This document shows, piece by piece, positions 61,680 through 64,000 of a stretch of 64,000 bases of DNA. Each line of letters opens with the position of its first letter. The stretch's first letter is position 1. The notes beneath the pieces are model-generated. The model had not been told where the DNA came from and ran no database searches. It saw nothing but the letters and a program-made list of their open reading frames with translations. A program made the translations under genes and the position numbers. Origin of the DNA: Podarcis melisellensis (Eukaryota); NCBI GenBank assembly GCA_964234715.1, contig OZ174280.1, one strand, 5' to 3'.

Positions 61680-64000
61680 TCTGAAGCACTCTCTTCTGGT
61701 CTGACTCATTTTTGCTTGAAACCATTGAGACCATTGACACAGATGCATTACAATACTGACATTTTGCTCTCTGCCAGGGATGGGGAACCTGAGGCCCTCC
61801 AGTTGTTTTTGTCCTGCTTGTGGCCTTCTGGTTGGCGACTGCTGGACTAGATGGGCCATCGGTCTGATCCAACAGGGCTCTTCTTTTAGGAAGTCATACA
61901 TCAGCCTCAGGCAGCTTGGCTAATGGTCAGGAATAGTGGGAGTTGTGGTCCAATGTAAGAACTTAGGAAGCGCCGGCTGGATCAGGCCTGGTCATCTAGT
62001 CCAGCATCCTCTTCTCACAGTGGCCAACCTAATGCCTATGGGAAACCCTCAAGCAAACCAACAGGACCCCCAACCCTGTCCTTTGCCTATTGCCCCAGCA
62101 ATGGCAGGAATGTTTGATTGTGTAACACATTAGTGATCGCACACCACTGAAAAGGTCCTTCCCACTGCTTTGTTACTGCTGATGTGTTATACAATCAGGC
62201 ATACACTTCTTGTGTAGTTGGGGATGGAAATTGTCTCCTCACATGCTTAGAAAGAACTGTGGCTGTTGTAGACATGGAAGAGACACCTTCAGATTCACAA
62301 GAGAAAACAGTGGAGGTTCATTCATCTGGCTAATGTTGGAAGGAAAGAATGTTTTGTCATCAGGAAATCTTTACAGAGATGACCTAAGCTGAGCAATCAA
62401 AAAGAAATGACTGTTGAGAGAGAAACTATTGTGTTCCTTTTCACTCCATTTACTATGACAAGGAAGGCATTCATCCCAGACGATTTATTACACAACGAAC
62501 GGCTGGCTGTGAAGTACAATACAAGTGAATATTATTCACACTTAATGATGCGAGGGGTGGGGGCGGGGGATGGATCAGGTGGAAAACGCATGTAAAAGCA
62601 CAACAATCTGCACCTGCTCCAGAGATGGTAATAGCACGGTGAATTGCAATGCAGTTTGAGGCACTGTCTGCAGGGAAAGCTAGCCAAAGGGTCTGTCACA
62701 CTGACCTCCTGAGTTGCCACCATGGCAGTGGTGACCTTGGCATGCCTGAAAAAGTATTAGAGGATAACATGGACACAGACAAGGTGATCATGAAGAGGTA
62801 GAATATCAGAATTTTAGAGCTGAAAGGGATCTTCAAGCCCCCTGTTCAATTCAGTACCTTCCCGAGGCCACTGTCAAAAAGCTCTGACCATTAGGTGTCT
62901 CCTAGTGTTTAGCCAAAATCTGATTTCTTGCTGAAGAGAGACCATTAGCCTTGTTGACTGTCCACCATAGGCACCCTGTCTCTTTCCCTGTCTGTTCCCT
63001 GGAGACTATTAGTAAGAACCTGGGGAAACACTAAACATCTAGCTGATTCTCCTAACACATCCACCTTTATAAATCCACTGAGATTCCCATATGAAGAAAA
63101 CATACTTCTAAATTACTGTTTTTGAAACCACAAGTATTACAATTGTATAAAATAATTTATTGAAGATAGAACCAAATCCAATTAATGATGGCTTAAGCTT
63201 GACCTAACCTAATTAATTTGAACCGTGATGAGCACTCCAGCATCAAATACCTGACGGAAGGGAATAATGTTTGAACCCACAACTGGATAAAATTTCAAAC
63301 TGAGATTTTTTCACTCCACAAAAGAAATATAACATCTTCAGAGCCCTGAAGCTTAATTCCGGGACAATTTCTAATTACTCTTGAGACATCTTTTGACTTC
63401 TCAAAAAGGAAAGTGATGTAAGAAAGTAATCAGGGTTGATGTTTGAAGGCTAGATTTTTCTTTATGACAGCATGCCGTACTTAGACATAAAAAAGAGGAC
63501 ATTTATTAACCAAGGATGAATGGGATTTTCTACATTCATATTTAACACAGGTCAGCATTCTGAGAGATTTCAGTCAGACACAGCTAATTAGCCACGGTAC
63601 TTTCAAACAAGTATAACAAACAAGAATCCATTGTGGACTTTTATGCTATCATCCTATATACTAATAGTGAACTCATTCTCCATGTGGATCTTTATGTAGT
63701 CAAAATGGCATCATCCATTCACAACAGGGGAGTATGAGAAAGCTTAGGAGACCCTCGAGCTTTGCAGAAGTACAAAAACTATTTTGGAGTGGGGACCCTC
63801 ATGAGGTAACCTCCTTCCAAAGCATCTCAGTGGGCACAGAGTGCTGACTGACTGTTGAATGGAGGAGGGGAATCAAGGCACCAGTTGGTGGGGAGAAAGG
63901 TGCAATGTAATGGAGTGTTCTGGAAAAGGGTATAGCTGGTTGGCTAGAATCCTGAGAAGGAGCATATTGTGTTGCACATGCCACTTCTGATGTTCAGGTA

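Overview
This is vertebrate genomic DNA, AT-rich and CpG-poor, almost certainly from a squamate and probably a lacertid lizard. That call rests on Sauria-type SINEs, MIR-derived Squam3-type SINEs and reptile-type BovB copies. I recognise no host protein-coding exon, tRNA, rRNA or CRISPR array, so the window reads as intronic or gene-desert DNA. It is densely filled with transposons: BovB and a second RTE family, three divergent RTE-X-like LINEs, L1/Tx1, L2, CR1, Penelope elements, a hAT-Tip100 transposase relic and several hAT and Tc1/mariner MITEs. Repeat-free AT-rich blocks between them look like conserved non-coding elements, and there are several CTCF-like motifs. Three things stand out. 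(1) A heavily decayed, roughly 4.3 kb Helitron Rep/PIF1-helicase fossil lies on the minus strand at about 12.5-16.8 kb. The ORF track barely shows it; I recovered it by hand-translating collinear motifs across frameshifts. (2) A Penelope element inserted in a (TA)n tract carries an intact minimal hammerhead ribozyme core that overlaps its own stop codon, and a second, point-inactivated hammerhead sits in a roughly 80 bp insert. (3) A young RTE-X LINE is nested in a BovB copy next to a second BovB, and together they create a chimeric 370-aa ORF. All family names come from motif recognition by eye, not database searches. I found no evidence of a wholly new biological system; the Helitron fossil is the best candidate for an unannotated feature.
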